DNA from: Candidatus Oxydemutator sp.
Lineage (GTDB): Bacteria > Pseudomonadota > Gammaproteobacteria > Poriferisulfidales > Oxydemutatoraceae
NCBI GenBank assembly: GCA_965203445.1
Contig: OZ241883.1
Location: forward strand, 416,001 to 480,000
Direction: 5' to 3'
Length of the DNA: 64,000 nt
In this document: in pieces, positions 20,336 to 30,657 of the stretch
Layout: the number at the start of each line of letters is the position of its first letter
Position numbering within the stretch: position 1 is the stretch's first letter
Program-made: the position numbers and the translations under genes
The notes under the pieces: model-generated
Database searches by the model: none
What the model saw: only the letters and a program-made list of their open reading frames with translations
Told to the model about the DNA's origin: nothing

Positions 20336-20475
20336 TGGCCGTCTCGGTTTTGTTCGTGTGCTCGCGTAACCCCTGCCGTTCGGCGGCCGCGCACGGCGTG
20401 TGATGATCAGCCAATCCTTATTCCCTACTCGACCTGGTTTGTCACGTTGCGTATACAATTCCCAAGGGCTGGATT

Positions 20476-21417
20476 ATGCCGATGAACGACTTGCTGCCCG
20501 AGGCGCAGGCGGCCCTCGAACGTCTCGACGCCGTCCGCGAGGCGCCGTCCCTGCTCCCCTGTTGCGTGCGCCGCGAGACGGTGTTTTCGGCGCAAGTCGA
20601 GGGGGCGCGGTTCTCGCTGGCGGATCTTCTGCGAGGCGAAATTGCGGAAACCGGTCGCGTGCCGGATGACGTGTCTGAGAGCCTCGCGCACGTCGGCGCG
20701 CTGGAACACGGCCTTAAGCGGCTGCGCGAGGGCGCGCCGCTCGACGCACCCTTGTTGCGCGAAGTGGGCGCGAGACTCCCGCCGCCGCAACCGACACAAC
20801 CGCGCCTGGCGAGCCTGGAACCCCTGTTGCGCGACGCGGCGACGCCCGCGCTGACCACGGCGGCGCTGGTGCACGCGCGGTTCGCAGCCGACCGCTCGTT
20901 CCAGCGCGGCGACCATCGCATCGCGCGCCTGCTGGTCACGTTGATTCTGCATCGCGACCAACCGCCGCGCCGTCCGCTGTTGTGCCTGAGCCTGCACTTC
21001 AAGCGCAACCGCCGCCGCTATCACGAATTGCTCGACGGCGCGGGCAGCGACGCCGGACGGGAGGATTGGCTCGCGTTCTTTTTCACCGGCGTGTGCGACG
21101 TGGCCGGCGAGACCGAGGCGCGGGCGCAAAAACTGGCGAGTCTGATCGGGCGCGACCGCGCCCACGTCAATTCAGCCGGCGTGCCCCGCTCGGTGAACAC
21201 CGCGCATGCCGAGTTTTGCAGGCGTCCCATCAGCACTACCAGAGCGCTCGCCAACGCCATCGGCTCCTCCTACCCGACCGCGCAAAGGGCGCTGCAACGC
21301 CTCTACGAACAGGGCATGGTACACCCGCTGGACGAGGAACAACGCAACCGCCGCGCTTTCGTCTATACCGAATACCTGAAACTGCTGAATGAAGATACGG
21401 CCAAGCCCGGCACGTAA
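20476..21417 (+). CDS. degenerate Fic family protein with C-terminal wHTH
   Basis: RETVFSAQVEG helix; Fic motif eroded to HARFAADRSFQRGDHRIAR; C-terminal RNRRAFVYTEYL. Confidence 0.75.
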   Translation: MPMNDLLPEAQAALERLDAVREAPSLLPCCVRRETVFSAQVEGARFSLADLLRGEIAETGRVPDDVSESLAHVGALEHGLKRLREGAPLDAPLLREVGARLPPPQPTQPRLASLEPLLRDAATPALTTAALVHARFAADRSFQRGDHRIARLLVTLILHRDQPPRRPLLCLSLHFKRNRRRYHELLDGAGSDAGREDWLAFFFTGVCDVAGETEARAQKLASLIGRDRAHVNSAGVPRSVNTAHAEFCRRPISTTRALANAIGSSYPTAQRALQRLYEQGMVHPLDEEQRNRRAFVYTEYLKLLNEDTAKPGT

Positions 21418-21539
21418 TTACGTGGCGCCGCCGTTCGCCGGAGTCGGTGCCCGGCGTCCGCCGGAGAGCGCCACGTGGCGGGAATTGCGGATACAGTGCC
21501 GCGAATCCGATCGGTCGGAGAAACCGTGGTTCCGACCTC

Positions 21540-22406
21540 TTAACGAACCGCGCGCGGCGCCGGCTTGCGCTCTTTCTTTGCGCGTGAACGGGGCAGTTTG
21601 CGAGACAATGGCGCGTGTGTATGGTGCTCGTCCGCCCGCATACCGAACGCGATCAAAGCGACGCCGGCGACGGCGAGCGGCAGCGACAGCATCTGCCCCA
21701 TCGTCAGCCAGCCCCACGCGATATAGCCTATGTGCGCGTCGGGTTCACGAACGAACTCGACCGCAAAGCGCATACCCGCGTAGAGCAGCGCGAACGTGCC
21801 GCTTACCGCGCCGGCGCGGCGCGGACGCGACGAGTAGAACCACAGGATTGCGAACAGCACGACGCCCTCCAGCAGAAATTCGTACAGTTGCGAGGGATGG
21901 CGCGCGACGTCGCCCGCGGCCGGAAAGACCATTGCCCACGGCAGGTCGGTGGCACGCCCCCACAATTCGCCGTTGATGAAGTTGCCGATGCGCCCGGCAC
22001 CCAGGCCGACAGGCACCAGCGGCGCGGCGAAATCGGCGGCCTGCAAAAATCCCAGGCCGCGCGCGCGCGCGAACACCGACAGCGCGACGAGCGCGCCCAG
22101 CAGGCCGCCGTGAAAACTCATGCCGCCCTCCCAGACGCGAAACAGCATCAACGGGTCGTGCACGAAAGCAGAGAAGTTGTAAAACAGCACGTAGCCGGCG
22201 CGCCCGCCGACGATGATGCCGATGACGCCGTAGAACAGCAGGTCGGCGACCTGCGACTCCTCGATCTTTTGCCACGCGAGGCGCGCGCGGCGCACACCGA
22301 GAAAATAAAAGGCGGCGAAGCCCAGCAGGTACATCAGGCCGTACCAGCGCACCTGCAACGGGCCGAAGGAAATCGCCACGGGATCGAACTCGGGAAAGGT
22401 CAGCAC
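21540..22406 (-). CDS. lgt: prolipoprotein diacylglyceryl transferase
   Basis: FDPVAISFGPLQVRWYGLMY, GGMSFHGG, RIGNFINGELWG, HPSQLYE; GTG start 22406. Confidence 0.97.
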   Translation of the reverse strand: MLTFPEFDPVAISFGPLQVRWYGLMYLLGFAAFYFLGVRRARLAWQKIEESQVADLLFYGVIGIIVGGRAGYVLFYNFSAFVHDPLMLFRVWEGGMSFHGGLLGALVALSVFARARGLGFLQAADFAAPLVPVGLGAGRIGNFINGELWGRATDLPWAMVFPAAGDVARHPSQLYEFLLEGVVLFAILWFYSSRPRRAGAVSGTFALLYAGMRFAVEFVREPDAHIGYIAWGWLTMGQMLSLPLAVAGVALIAFGMRADEHHTHAPLSRKLPRSRAKKERKPAPRAVR

Positions 22407-22442
22407 GCGGTTATGGTAACCGACGCCGCGTAAAATGCGGCA

Positions 22443-24545
22443 ATGTCGGGTAACATAGCGCGCGCGATGAGCGCAAGACAAAACCGCCTGGCGGACGAGA
22501 CCAGCCCGTATCTGCGACAGCACGCCGACAACCCGGTGGACTGGTTTCCGTGGGGCGACGAGGCGCTGGCCAAGGCGCGCGCCGAGGACAAGCCGGTGCT
22601 GTTGTCGGTCGGTTATTCGGCTTGCCACTGGTGCCACGTGATGGCGCACGAGTCGTTCGAGGACGCGCGCACCGCGGCCTTGATGAACGAGTTGTTCGTC
22701 AACGTAAAGGTGGACCGGGAGGAGCGCCCCGACCTCGACAAGATCTACCAGACCGCGCAGGTGCTGCTGACGCAGCGCAGCGGCGGCTGGCCGCTGACGA
22801 TGTTTCTGACGCCCGACGACCAGGCGCCTTTCTTCGGCGGCACCTACTTTCCGAAAGAGCGGCGCCACGGTATGCCTCCCTTCATGGAGGTGCTGCGTCT
22901 GGTCCATGATTACTACCGCGAGCGACGCGACGAGATACGCGGCCAGGCCGACGCGGTGCGCGGTGCGCTCGCGGCGATATACGACGGCGACGCGGCGGCG
23001 TCCGCACCGTCGCCGCGCCTGCCGGACGACGCCGCGCGCGCGCTCGAAAGCGCGTTCGATTCGCGCCACGGCGGCTTCGGAGGCGCGCCGAAGTTCCCGC
23101 AGTGCGCCTGTCTCGAGTTTCTGCTCGACCATTGGGCACGCAACAAGACCGCCGGCACCGACGATCCGCGCAGCGCGCACGTCGCGTTGTTCACGCTGGA
23201 GCGCATGAGCGGCGGCGGCGTCTATGACCAGCTCGGCGGCGGTTTCTACCGCTACTCGGTGGACGAGCGCTGGGCGATTCCGCACTTCGAGAAGATGCTC
23301 TACGACAACGGCCCGTTGCTCGGGTTGCTGGCACGGGCGTGGAGCGTCGGCGGCGGCGCCGGCTTCGGCGACAAGGCGCGCGAGACCGCACGCTGGGTCA
23401 TGCGCGAGATGCAGTCGCCCGAAGGCGGTTATTACTCGACGTTGGACGCGGATTCGCCGCAGGGCGAGGGCGCGTATTACCTATGGGACAAGGCCGAGGT
23501 CGAGCGTCTGCTGGGGCCGGACTACGCCGCTTTTGAATACCGCTTCGGATTGGACGCGCCGGCGAACTTTGAAGGGCGCTGGCATCTGGCCGAACACCAC
23601 GACGTCGCTCAGACCGCGGCCCACGTCGAACGCGCGCCCGACGACGTGCGCCGCGTACTTGAGCGCGCGCGGCAAAAACTTTTCGAGCACCGGTGCGCGC
23701 GCACGCCGCCGGGGCGCGACGAGAAGATCCTTGCGTCGTGGAACGCGCTGATGATCAAGGGCATGGCGCAGGCCGCGTGGCTGCTCGACGAGCCGGATTA
23801 CGCGGCCTCGGCGCGGCGCGCGTTGGCGTTCATCCGCGGCGCCATGTGGCGGGACGGGCGCCTGCTTGCGGCGTACAAGGACGGCACCGCGCGTCTCAAC
23901 GCCTATGTCGACGATTACGCTTTTCTCGTGGACGCGATCCTGTATCTGAACCAGGCGTCCTGGGACGACGGGGATTTCGACTTCGCCGTGCGCCTCGCCG
24001 ACCTGTTGCTCGATCACTACGAGGACCGCGACCGCGGCGGTTTTTATTTCACGTCGCACGATCACGAGAACCTGCTCGAGCGCCCGCGCGTGCTGGCCGA
24101 CGAGGCGACGCCGTCGGGTTACGGCACGGCCGCGCTCGCGCTCGGGCGCCTCGGCGGGATACTCGGCGACGAAAGATACCTGCGCGCGGCGGCGCGCGCG
24201 CTGGAGCGGGCGGCCGCCGCCATGCAACGCGCCCCCGAACAGCACGCGACGTTGTTGAGGGCCTACGCCGAGCAACGCGAACCGCCGGAGATCGTCATCA
24301 TCCGAGGCGCGGGCGAAACCTTGCGGCGGTGGTCGCGCGAGGCCGCACGGCATTGCCACCCGGCGCGCTTGTGTTTCGCGCTCCCGGCACGGACGCGGGG
24401 CCTGCCGCGGGCCCTTGCCGACAAGCGCGCCGCCGGCGCCGCGATCGCGTACCCGTGCCGGGGCACGGCGTGCGCCGAACCGTTGCGCGACCTCGGCGCT
24501 TTCGCGGATTACCTGAAGGCGACCGCCGTGCGCCTCGACGCGTGA
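22443..24545 (+). CDS. thioredoxin-domain protein, YyaL/SSP411 family
   Basis: [41 protein letters not shown]. Confidence 0.95.
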   Translation: MSGNIARAMSARQNRLADETSPYLRQHADNPVDWFPWGDEALAKARAEDKPVLLSVGYSACHWCHVMAHESFEDARTAALMNELFVNVKVDREERPDLDKIYQTAQVLLTQRSGGWPLTMFLTPDDQAPFFGGTYFPKERRHGMPPFMEVLRLVHDYYRERRDEIRGQADAVRGALAAIYDGDAAASAPSPRLPDDAARALESAFDSRHGGFGGAPKFPQCACLEFLLDHWARNKTAGTDDPRSAHVALFTLERMSGGGVYDQLGGGFYRYSVDERWAIPHFEKMLYDNGPLLGLLARAWSVGGGAGFGDKARETARWVMREMQSPEGGYYSTLDADSPQGEGAYYLWDKAEVERLLGPDYAAFEYRFGLDAPANFEGRWHLAEHHDVAQTAAHVERAPDDVRRVLERARQKLFEHRCARTPPGRDEKILASWNALMIKGMAQAAWLLDEPDYAASARRALAFIRGAMWRDGRLLAAYKDGTARLNAYVDDYAFLVDAILYLNQASWDDGDFDFAVRLADLLLDHYEDRDRGGFYFTSHDHENLLERPRVLADEATPSGYGTAALALGRLGGILGDERYLRAAARALERAAAAMQRAPEQHATLLRAYAEQREPPEIVIIRGAGETLRRWSREAARHCHPARLCFALPARTRGLPRALADKRAAGAAIAYPCRGTACAEPLRDLGAFADYLKATAVRLDA

Positions 24546-24560
24546 ACGCGTGACGGGCGC

Positions 24561-25313
24561 ATGAAGAATTTGCGTTGCGCAACCAGGATATTGCTGGCCG
24601 GTTCGCACGTGCTGCTCGCGTTGATCTTGTCGTTCTTCCTGCTGCCGGCAAAGCCGGAAAGCGGCGTCAGCCGCTTTCAGCAAAACGTGATATCGTGGCT
24701 GATGCGCCGCTGCCTCAGGTTGTTGTGCGTGCGCGTCGAGGTGCGCGGACAGCCGCGCGAGGGCACCCGGCTGATCGTCTCGAACCACGTCTCGTGGCTC
24801 GACGTTCTGTTGATAGGCAGCGTGTGCCCGGTGTGTTTCCTGTCGAAGGCCGAAGTCAGACGCTGGTTTGTCTTCGGCCGTCTGGCGGTGCGTTTCGGCA
24901 CCATATTCATCGAGCGCGGCAGCGGTGCCGGCGGCGCGCTCGACGCAATCGGCGCGCGTCTGTCGCGCGGCGTCGCGGTCGCGGTGTTTCCCGAGGGCAC
25001 CACCACCGACGGCACTTCGGTGCGACCTTTTTATCCGCGCATGTTGGCGGCCGCGATCGACACCGGCGTTCTCGTGCAACCGGTAGTGTTGTGCTACCCC
25101 ACGGGCGACGGCGGCGTCAGCGCGCTGGTGCCGTTCACCCGCGACCAGACGCTGTTTCAGCACATCCTGTCGCTGCTGAAGGAGAAGTCCATCGCCGCCG
25201 TCGTCAGCTTCACGCCGCCGATAGACCCGCGCGGTGTCGACCGCCGTCAGTTGGCCGCGCGCGCGCGCGACGCCATCGTCGCCGAACTGAAAAACGTCGC
25301 CGCCGCGGCCTGA
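24561..25313 (+). CDS. lysophospholipid acyltransferase family protein
   Basis: NHVSWLD (HxxxxD), FIER, FPEGT. Confidence 0.92.
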   Translation: MKNLRCATRILLAGSHVLLALILSFFLLPAKPESGVSRFQQNVISWLMRRCLRLLCVRVEVRGQPREGTRLIVSNHVSWLDVLLIGSVCPVCFLSKAEVRRWFVFGRLAVRFGTIFIERGSGAGGALDAIGARLSRGVAVAVFPEGTTTDGTSVRPFYPRMLAAAIDTGVLVQPVVLCYPTGDGGVSALVPFTRDQTLFQHILSLLKEKSIAAVVSFTPPIDPRGVDRRQLAARARDAIVAELKNVAAAA

Positions 25314-25349
25314 GGTGCTGTGCTATCATGGCGCGGCCTGTGCCGCGAT

Positions 25350-25426
25350 CGGAGTGTAGCTCAGCCTGGTAGAGCACTGCCTTCGGGAGGCAGGGGCCGG
25401 AGGTTCAAATCCTCTCACTCCGACCA
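25350..25426 (+). tRNA. tRNA-Pro(CGG)
   Basis: CGGAGTG acceptor stem, anticodon arm CTGCC-TTCGGGA-GGCAG, GGTTCAAATCC, CCA end. Confidence 0.97.
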
Positions 25427-25436
25427 CGCGTGAACG

Positions 25437-26180
25437 ATGAGGAAAAACGCACGGGCCGCGGGCCGAACCGGTTCACAACGGGCGATTCGACGGTTTGCGC
25501 TGAAATTGAAAGAGACGAAAGTCACATTCATCCTGGTCTGCGCCGTGGCGTTGTGCGCCGCGACCGGCGTCGCTTCGGCGTGTTCGCGCGCCGACGTCGA
25601 CTACTATCTTGAAAAAGGCTACACCCGCGAGCAGGTCGCCGCGATTTGCGACGAGGGGCGCGCGCCGGGCGGACTGCGCAAGCGCGACTACGAAACGTAC
25701 GACGACGCCCGCGAGGAGGAGATCCGCGACGACGTCCGCGGACGCGGACGCGACGGGAACATCGCGTTCCTGCAATCGGCGGTGAGCGCCTGGGACGTGA
25801 AGGCCACGCCGCGCCACCTCACTTACACCAGAAAGCTTTGTCTCGGCGCGGGTGGCGGCCGCGAGGTGACGGCGCGTATCAAGATCTGTCCGGAAGTGCG
25901 CTACCGCGTGTATTTCGCGGGCCTGAAGGTGCACGGTCACCAGCGCGAGTTCGTCCCGCCCGGCACGCGCGAGATCGAGGTCGAGGGCAAGGTCAAGCGC
26001 AAACTGCTGCACGACTTCGACGAGTATCCGCCCGCGACCCGCCGGCAGTTGCTCGGTTCCTACCGCGCGCGCACGCGCCAGGGCGGCACCGCGATTCCGA
26101 TTCGCAAAGACTACCCGATGCAGCGGGTGTACCAGATTCTGCGCGCCTATGCCAACCGCGCTGCGCACGCCGCGTCCTGA
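25437..26180 (+). CDS. hypothetical exported protein
   Basis: Hydrophobic signal-like segment ending ASA; host-like codon usage; start uncertain. Confidence 0.6.
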   Translation: MRKNARAAGRTGSQRAIRRFALKLKETKVTFILVCAVALCAATGVASACSRADVDYYLEKGYTREQVAAICDEGRAPGGLRKRDYETYDDAREEEIRDDVRGRGRDGNIAFLQSAVSAWDVKATPRHLTYTRKLCLGAGGGREVTARIKICPEVRYRVYFAGLKVHGHQREFVPPGTREIEVEGKVKRKLLHDFDEYPPATRRQLLGSYRARTRQGGTAIPIRKDYPMQRVYQILRAYANRAAHAAS

Positions 26181-26206
26181 GTTCCGGCCGTGAGGGTGCC
26201 AGGGCG

Positions 26207-27739
26207 CTAGGGCGCTCGGTTCACGATAACCGACGGCGCCTCCATCTCCTCGGGGATCGCAAGCCCCATCAGCTCGAGCACCGTCGGCGCGATGCTGCTG
26301 ATGCTGCAACCGCTGGCCAGTTGGTTCGGCGCGCCGTCACCGGCGACGATCAGGCACGGCACCGGGTTGTTGGTGTGCTGCGTGTTCGGCTGCTTGGTGG
26401 CGGTGTCCAGCATTTCGTCGCAGTTGCCGTGGTCGGCGGTGATCAGCGTCGTCCAGCCGTGCGCGAGCGCGTCCTCGACGATGCGCCCGACTTCGCGGTC
26501 GACCGTTTCCACGGCCTTGATAATCGGTTCCGGCGTCGCGGTGTGCCCGACCATGTCGGCGTTGGCGAAGTTGACGACGGCGAAGGCGTGCTCCTTCTTG
26601 CGCAGCGCGGCTATCGTCGCGTCGGCGACTTCCTTGGCGCTCATCTCCGGCTGGACGTCATAAGTCGCAACGTTCGGCGACTTGATCAACGCGCGGTCTT
26701 CGCCCGGCAAGGGCTGCTCGACGCCGCCGTTGAAGAAAAACGTCACGTGCGGGTATTTCTCGGTCTCGGCGCAGTGAAACTGTCTCAGGCCGGCGTCGCT
26801 GATGATGCGCGCGAGCGTCGTCTTCGGGCGGATCGGGGAGAACGCGATCAGACACGGGAAGCTTTGGTCTATCTCGGTCATCGTCGCGACGTTGGCGAGC
26901 GCCGCGCCGCCGCGGTCGAACTTGTCGAAGTCGGCGATGGCCAGCGCCTTGATCAGCTGGCGCGGGCGGTCGTTGCGAAAGTTGAACAGGATGACGTTCT
27001 CGCCGGCCAGCGGCCGTGCGTGCGGCAGCACCGTCGGTTCGATAAACTCGTCGCTGACGCCGGCTTCGTAGGCCGCACTGATTGCGGCCGCGGCATCGTC
27101 GGCGCGCGCGCCGTCGGCCGTGGCCAGCGCGCGCCACGCTTTTTCGGTGCGCTCCCAGCGGTTGTCGCGGTCCATCGCGTAATAGCGCCCCGTCACCGTG
27201 GCGATGACGCCGCCGGCGCGTTCGAGCGGGTCTTGCAGCTCAGCGACAAATTTGTGCGCGCAGCGCGGCAGCGTATCGCGTCCGTCGGTGATCAAGTGCA
27301 CCACCGGCCGACACTCGAGGTCGCGCGCCAGTCGGATCAGCGCCAGCAGGTGACGCAGATGGGAGTGCACACCGCCGTCCGAAACCAGGCCGAGCAGGTG
27401 AATCGGGCGGTTCGCCCCTTTCGCCTTCTTGATCATGAAGGCCAGCGACGGATTGTCGAAGAATTCGCCGCTCTCGATGGCCTCGTTGATGCGCACCAGG
27501 TCCTGCGGAATCACGCAGCCGCAACCCATCGTGATGTGGCCGACCTCGGAGTTGCCGATCTGTCCCGGCGGCAGGCCGACCGCCGGGCCCGACGCCTCGA
27601 GCAGGGTATGGGGATAGTCGGCGAACAGGCGGTCGAGGTGGGGCGTGTCGGCCAGGTAAATCGCGTTGTTGGTCTTGGCGGGGCTGATGCCGAAGCCGTC
27701 TATGATGATCAGCAGCGTTCTGTTGACGGCGGGCGGCAT
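26207..27739 (-). CDS. gpmI: 2,3-BPG-independent phosphoglycerate mutase
   Basis: IIDGFG, GNSEVGH, SDGGVHSH, AETEKYPHVT, DMVGH, TADHGN. Confidence 0.97.
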   Translation of the reverse strand: MPPAVNRTLLIIIDGFGISPAKTNNAIYLADTPHLDRLFADYPHTLLEASGPAVGLPPGQIGNSEVGHITMGCGCVIPQDLVRINEAIESGEFFDNPSLAFMIKKAKGANRPIHLLGLVSDGGVHSHLRHLLALIRLARDLECRPVVHLITDGRDTLPRCAHKFVAELQDPLERAGGVIATVTGRYYAMDRDNRWERTEKAWRALATADGARADDAAAAISAAYEAGVSDEFIEPTVLPHARPLAGENVILFNFRNDRPRQLIKALAIADFDKFDRGGAALANVATMTEIDQSFPCLIAFSPIRPKTTLARIISDAGLRQFHCAETEKYPHVTFFFNGGVEQPLPGEDRALIKSPNVATYDVQPEMSAKEVADATIAALRKKEHAFAVVNFANADMVGHTATPEPIIKAVETVDREVGRIVEDALAHGWTTLITADHGNCDEMLDTATKQPNTQHTNNPVPCLIVAGDGAPNQLASGCSISSIAPTVLELMGLAIPEEMEAPSVIVNRAP

Positions 27740-27788
27740 GGAGCGGCTAATGTATAGCAGACGCGGACGCGGTTCAAGCGGGTGCGGC

Positions 27789-28592
27789 CTAGCGTTCGTC
27801 TTCGCCGGGTGTCGTCGCCGGCGACGCGCCCTCGGCGCGTTCGTCGCCGCCGCGTTCGACCAGGCGCGCGAGCACCAGGCCCAGCTCGAACAGCAACCAG
27901 ATCGGCACCGCCAACAGCACTTGCGATATGACGTCCGGCGGCGTCAGCGCCATGCCGAGCACGAACGCACCGACGATGATGTACGGGCGCTTGCGCGCCA
28001 GCCCCTCGACCGTCGTCGAGCCGGCCTTGACCAGCACCAACGTCACCACCGGCACCTCGAAAGCGGCGCCGAACGCGAAGAATATCTTGACGACGAAATC
28101 GAGGTAGCGGCCGATGTCGGTCATCACGGTCACGCCCTGCGGCGCGACGCCGGTAAAAAACGCGAACATCAGCGGGAAGGCGACGAAATAGGCGAACGCC
28201 ATGCCGACGTAGAACAACAACGTGCTAGAGAGCAACAACGGCATTGCGATGCGTTTCTCGTTGCGGTAGAGACCGGGTGCCACGAACCCCCACAGTTGAT
28301 AGAAGATCAGCGGTATGGCGATGACCAGCGCCAGCAGCATCGTCATCTTGAACGGCGTCAGAAAGGGCGAGGCGACCTCGATTGCGACCATCGAGCTGCC
28401 TTGCGGCAGATACTCGATCAGCGGCGCCGAAAGATAGTTGTATATCGGGTTGGCGAACGGGAACAGCACGAGAAAAATCGCGCCGGTGCCGATGAAGATC
28501 TTGAGCAGCCGCTGGCGCAGCTCGACCAAGTGCGAGACGATCGGGCGCTCGCCGTCAGTCTCTGCCGAGCGGCCGGTCTTCCGATCGGACAT
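27789..28592 (-). CDS. tatC: twin-arginine translocase TatC
   Basis: SHLVELRQRL, FVAPGLY, FEVP, TPPD; start probably 28592. Confidence 0.96.
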   Translation of the reverse strand: MSDRKTGRSAETDGERPIVSHLVELRQRLLKIFIGTGAIFLVLFPFANPIYNYLSAPLIEYLPQGSSMVAIEVASPFLTPFKMTMLLALVIAIPLIFYQLWGFVAPGLYRNEKRIAMPLLLSSTLLFYVGMAFAYFVAFPLMFAFFTGVAPQGVTVMTDIGRYLDFVVKIFFAFGAAFEVPVVTLVLVKAGSTTVEGLARKRPYIIVGAFVLGMALTPPDVISQVLLAVPIWLLFELGLVLARLVERGGDERAEGASPATTPGEDER

Positions 28593-29001
28593 CCTGGGTG
28601 TTCGGGGTTTCCCTTGTGTCCGGAGTTTCGTCACGCGGCGCGGCGCGTTCGCTGGCGGCGGGCGCGGCGGCGGGCGCGGTGCCGGACGTTTCGTCGGGCG
28701 AGTAGCGCCCGCTTTCGATCTGCTCCTCGATGGATTGCACCAGCGGATCGGTGTTGCGCAGATCGCGGTTGATCCGCCGTTGCGCGTCGCCTAGCACGTC
28801 GTGCGTGTCGTTCATGATCTTTTTCAGGTCGCCGGCGCGCGTCTCGTTCATGAAGTCGGCCCTGAACTGGTTGGCGATGCCGCGCACGCGCCCCAACCAT
28901 TGCCCGAGGGTCGCGGCCAGCGCCGGCAGGCGCTCGGGGCCGACGACCAGCAACGCGACGAACAGGATCAGCGCGAGCTCCCAGAAACCGAAGTCAGCCA
29001 T
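28555..29001 (-). CDS. tatB: TatB
   Basis: DFGFWEL..VALLVVGPERLP. Confidence 0.93.
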   Translation of the reverse strand: MADFGFWELALILFVALLVVGPERLPALAATLGQWLGRVRGIANQFRADFMNETRAGDLKKIMNDTHDVLGDAQRRINRDLRNTDPLVQSIEEQIESGRYSPDETSGTAPAAAPAASERAAPRDETPDTRETPNTQDVRSEDRPLGRD

Positions 29002-29010
29002 CGCCGCGCC

Positions 29011-29208
29011 CTACTCCTTCTTGTCGGCCGCCTGCTCGTCGGTTACCCGCTGCTGCTTGTCTGCGGCGCCGTCTTCCTCGCCCATGGACTTCTTGAAACT
29101 CTTGATCGCGCTGCCCAGGTCGGAACCAAGACTTCTCAGCTTCTTGGTGCCGAACAGCAGCACGACGATCACCAAAATCAAGAGTATTTGCAGGGGACCC
29201 CAACTCAT
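29011..29208 (-). CDS. tatA: TatA/E
   Basis: [32 protein letters not shown]. Confidence 0.95.
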   Translation of the reverse strand: MSWGPLQILLILVIVVLLFGTKKLRSLGSDLGSAIKSFKKSMGEEDGAADKQQRVTDEQAADKKE

Positions 29209-29295
29209 AGTTTTGCTCCGTACAGGATGGCGCGCGGGCGCGAACCGAATTATTGTAGCACTTTTCGTCTTCCAGGGGGGTGCTTGACCATTTTG

Positions 29296-29413
29296 TGTCA
29301 AACCAGAACACAAACGTCCTACCGTTTCCAAAGCACAGATGTCCTATTGCCGGCGGCGCTTAGCGCTTTCAGGGTCTTCCCGCCAGCGCGTCCCCACGGG
29401 TGATCCTGCGCCC
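29296..29413. mobile_element. partial copy of the TGT-ended MITE/IS end
   Basis: About 85 bp match to the reverse complement of 19082-19163; two tandem AAGCACA.A.GTCCTA-like motifs after TGT. Confidence 0.65.
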
Positions 29414-29647
29414 TTCACCGGCATAGACCCGATCTCGATTGCCGAAGTCCAAAAACTCATGCTACACTTAAAAGCCAAAGGAATCGGACTGCTGATAACC
29501 GATCACAACGTCCGCGAAACACTGAAAATCTGCGACCGCGGATACATCTTCCATCACGGCGAGATCATCGCACAAGGAACGCCGCGCGAAATTCTCGCCC
29601 ACCAGACGGTGCGCAAGGTGTACCTGGGATCGCAATTCAAAATCTGA
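29411..29647 (+). pseudogene. lptB: 3' fragment of the LPS export ATPase LptB
   Basis: PFTGIDPISI...ITDHNVRETL...VRKVYLG; no Walker A/B; begins at the MITE junction. Confidence 0.85.
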
Positions 29648-29658
29648 CCGAGAGGCAC

Positions 29659-30657
29659 ATGAACACACTGCTGATCACGGGCGGCGCGGGCTTCGTAGGC
29701 CACGCCGTCATCGAACATTTTCTGAAAACCACCGACTGGAACGTCGTTTCGCTCGACCGCCTCGACTATTCCGGCAACCTCAACCGCCTGAGCGAGGTCA
29801 TCGGCGACGATCCCGACTATAAGCGGCGCCTGCGGGTGGTGTGGCACGACCTCAAGGCCGAGATCAACCCCACCGTCGCCTCTCATATCGGCAAAGCCGA
29901 CTACATCTTTCACGTGGCCGCGGCCTCGCACGTGGATCGCAGCATCGAGGATCCGCTGTCTTTTGCGATGGACAACGTCGTCGGCACCGTCAATCTGCTG
30001 AACTTCGCCCGCCACTATCAATCCGACAAGCTGAAGCTACTCATTTATTTCAGCACCGACGAAGTCTTCGGGCCGGCGCCGCCGGGGGTGCACTATCGTG
30101 AAAACGACCGCTACGACTGCGGCAATCCCTATTCGGCCTCCAAGGCCGGCGCCGAGGAGTTTGCGCTGGCGTTCGAGAACACCTACCAGATACCGGTCAT
30201 CGTGACCCACACGATGAACGTGTTCGGCGTCCGCCAGCACCCGGAGAAGTATATTCCCAAGGTCATCCGCCACGTTCTCGACGGCGAGAGCATCCCGATC
30301 CACGCCGACGAAACCCGCACCATTCCGGGTTCGCGCCACTACATCAGCACCGCGGACGTGGCGCTCGCGCTCGAGTTTCTGGTGGCCAACCACACGCTGC
30401 GCGAGAAATACAACGTCGTCGGCAAAGAGGAGATAGACAATCTGCAACTGGCGCTGAAGATCGCCGACTGCGTCGGCAAGCCGTTGCAATACGAGCTGGT
30501 GGATTTCCACTCGTCGCGTCCGGGGCACGATCTGCGCTACGCGTTGAGCGGCGACAAGATGAAGCGTCTGGGTTGGGAGCCGAGAGGAATCGAGCAGCGG
30601 CTGGATGAGACCGTGCAGTGGTATCTGCGACACCGGCAGAAATGGCTGTATGGATAA
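29659..30657 (+). CDS. NAD-dependent epimerase/dehydratase (dTDP-glucose 4,6-dehydratase-like)
   Basis: TGGAGFVG, AASHVDRS, STDEV, YSASK, RPGHDLRYA. Confidence 0.9.
   Translation: MNTLLITGGAGFVGHAVIEHFLKTTDWNVVSLDRLDYSGNLNRLSEVIGDDPDYKRRLRVVWHDLKAEINPTVASHIGKADYIFHVAAASHVDRSIEDPLSFAMDNVVGTVNLLNFARHYQSDKLKLLIYFSTDEVFGPAPPGVHYRENDRYDCGNPYSASKAGAEEFALAFENTYQIPVIVTHTMNVFGVRQHPEKYIPKVIRHVLDGESIPIHADETRTIPGSRHYISTADVALALEFLVANHTLREKYNVVGKEEIDNLQLALKIADCVGKPLQYELVDFHSSRPGHDLRYALSGDKMKRLGWEPRGIEQRLDETVQWYLRHRQKWLYG

Noticed and set aside
20452-20463. GTATACAATTCCC-like match to the tnpB element's TIR end
   Set aside because: Only about 12 bp, with no partner or TSD; could simply be a -10 box.
25350-26200. 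tRNA-Pro as an island integration site
   Set aside because: No integrase and no duplicated tRNA 3' end noticed.
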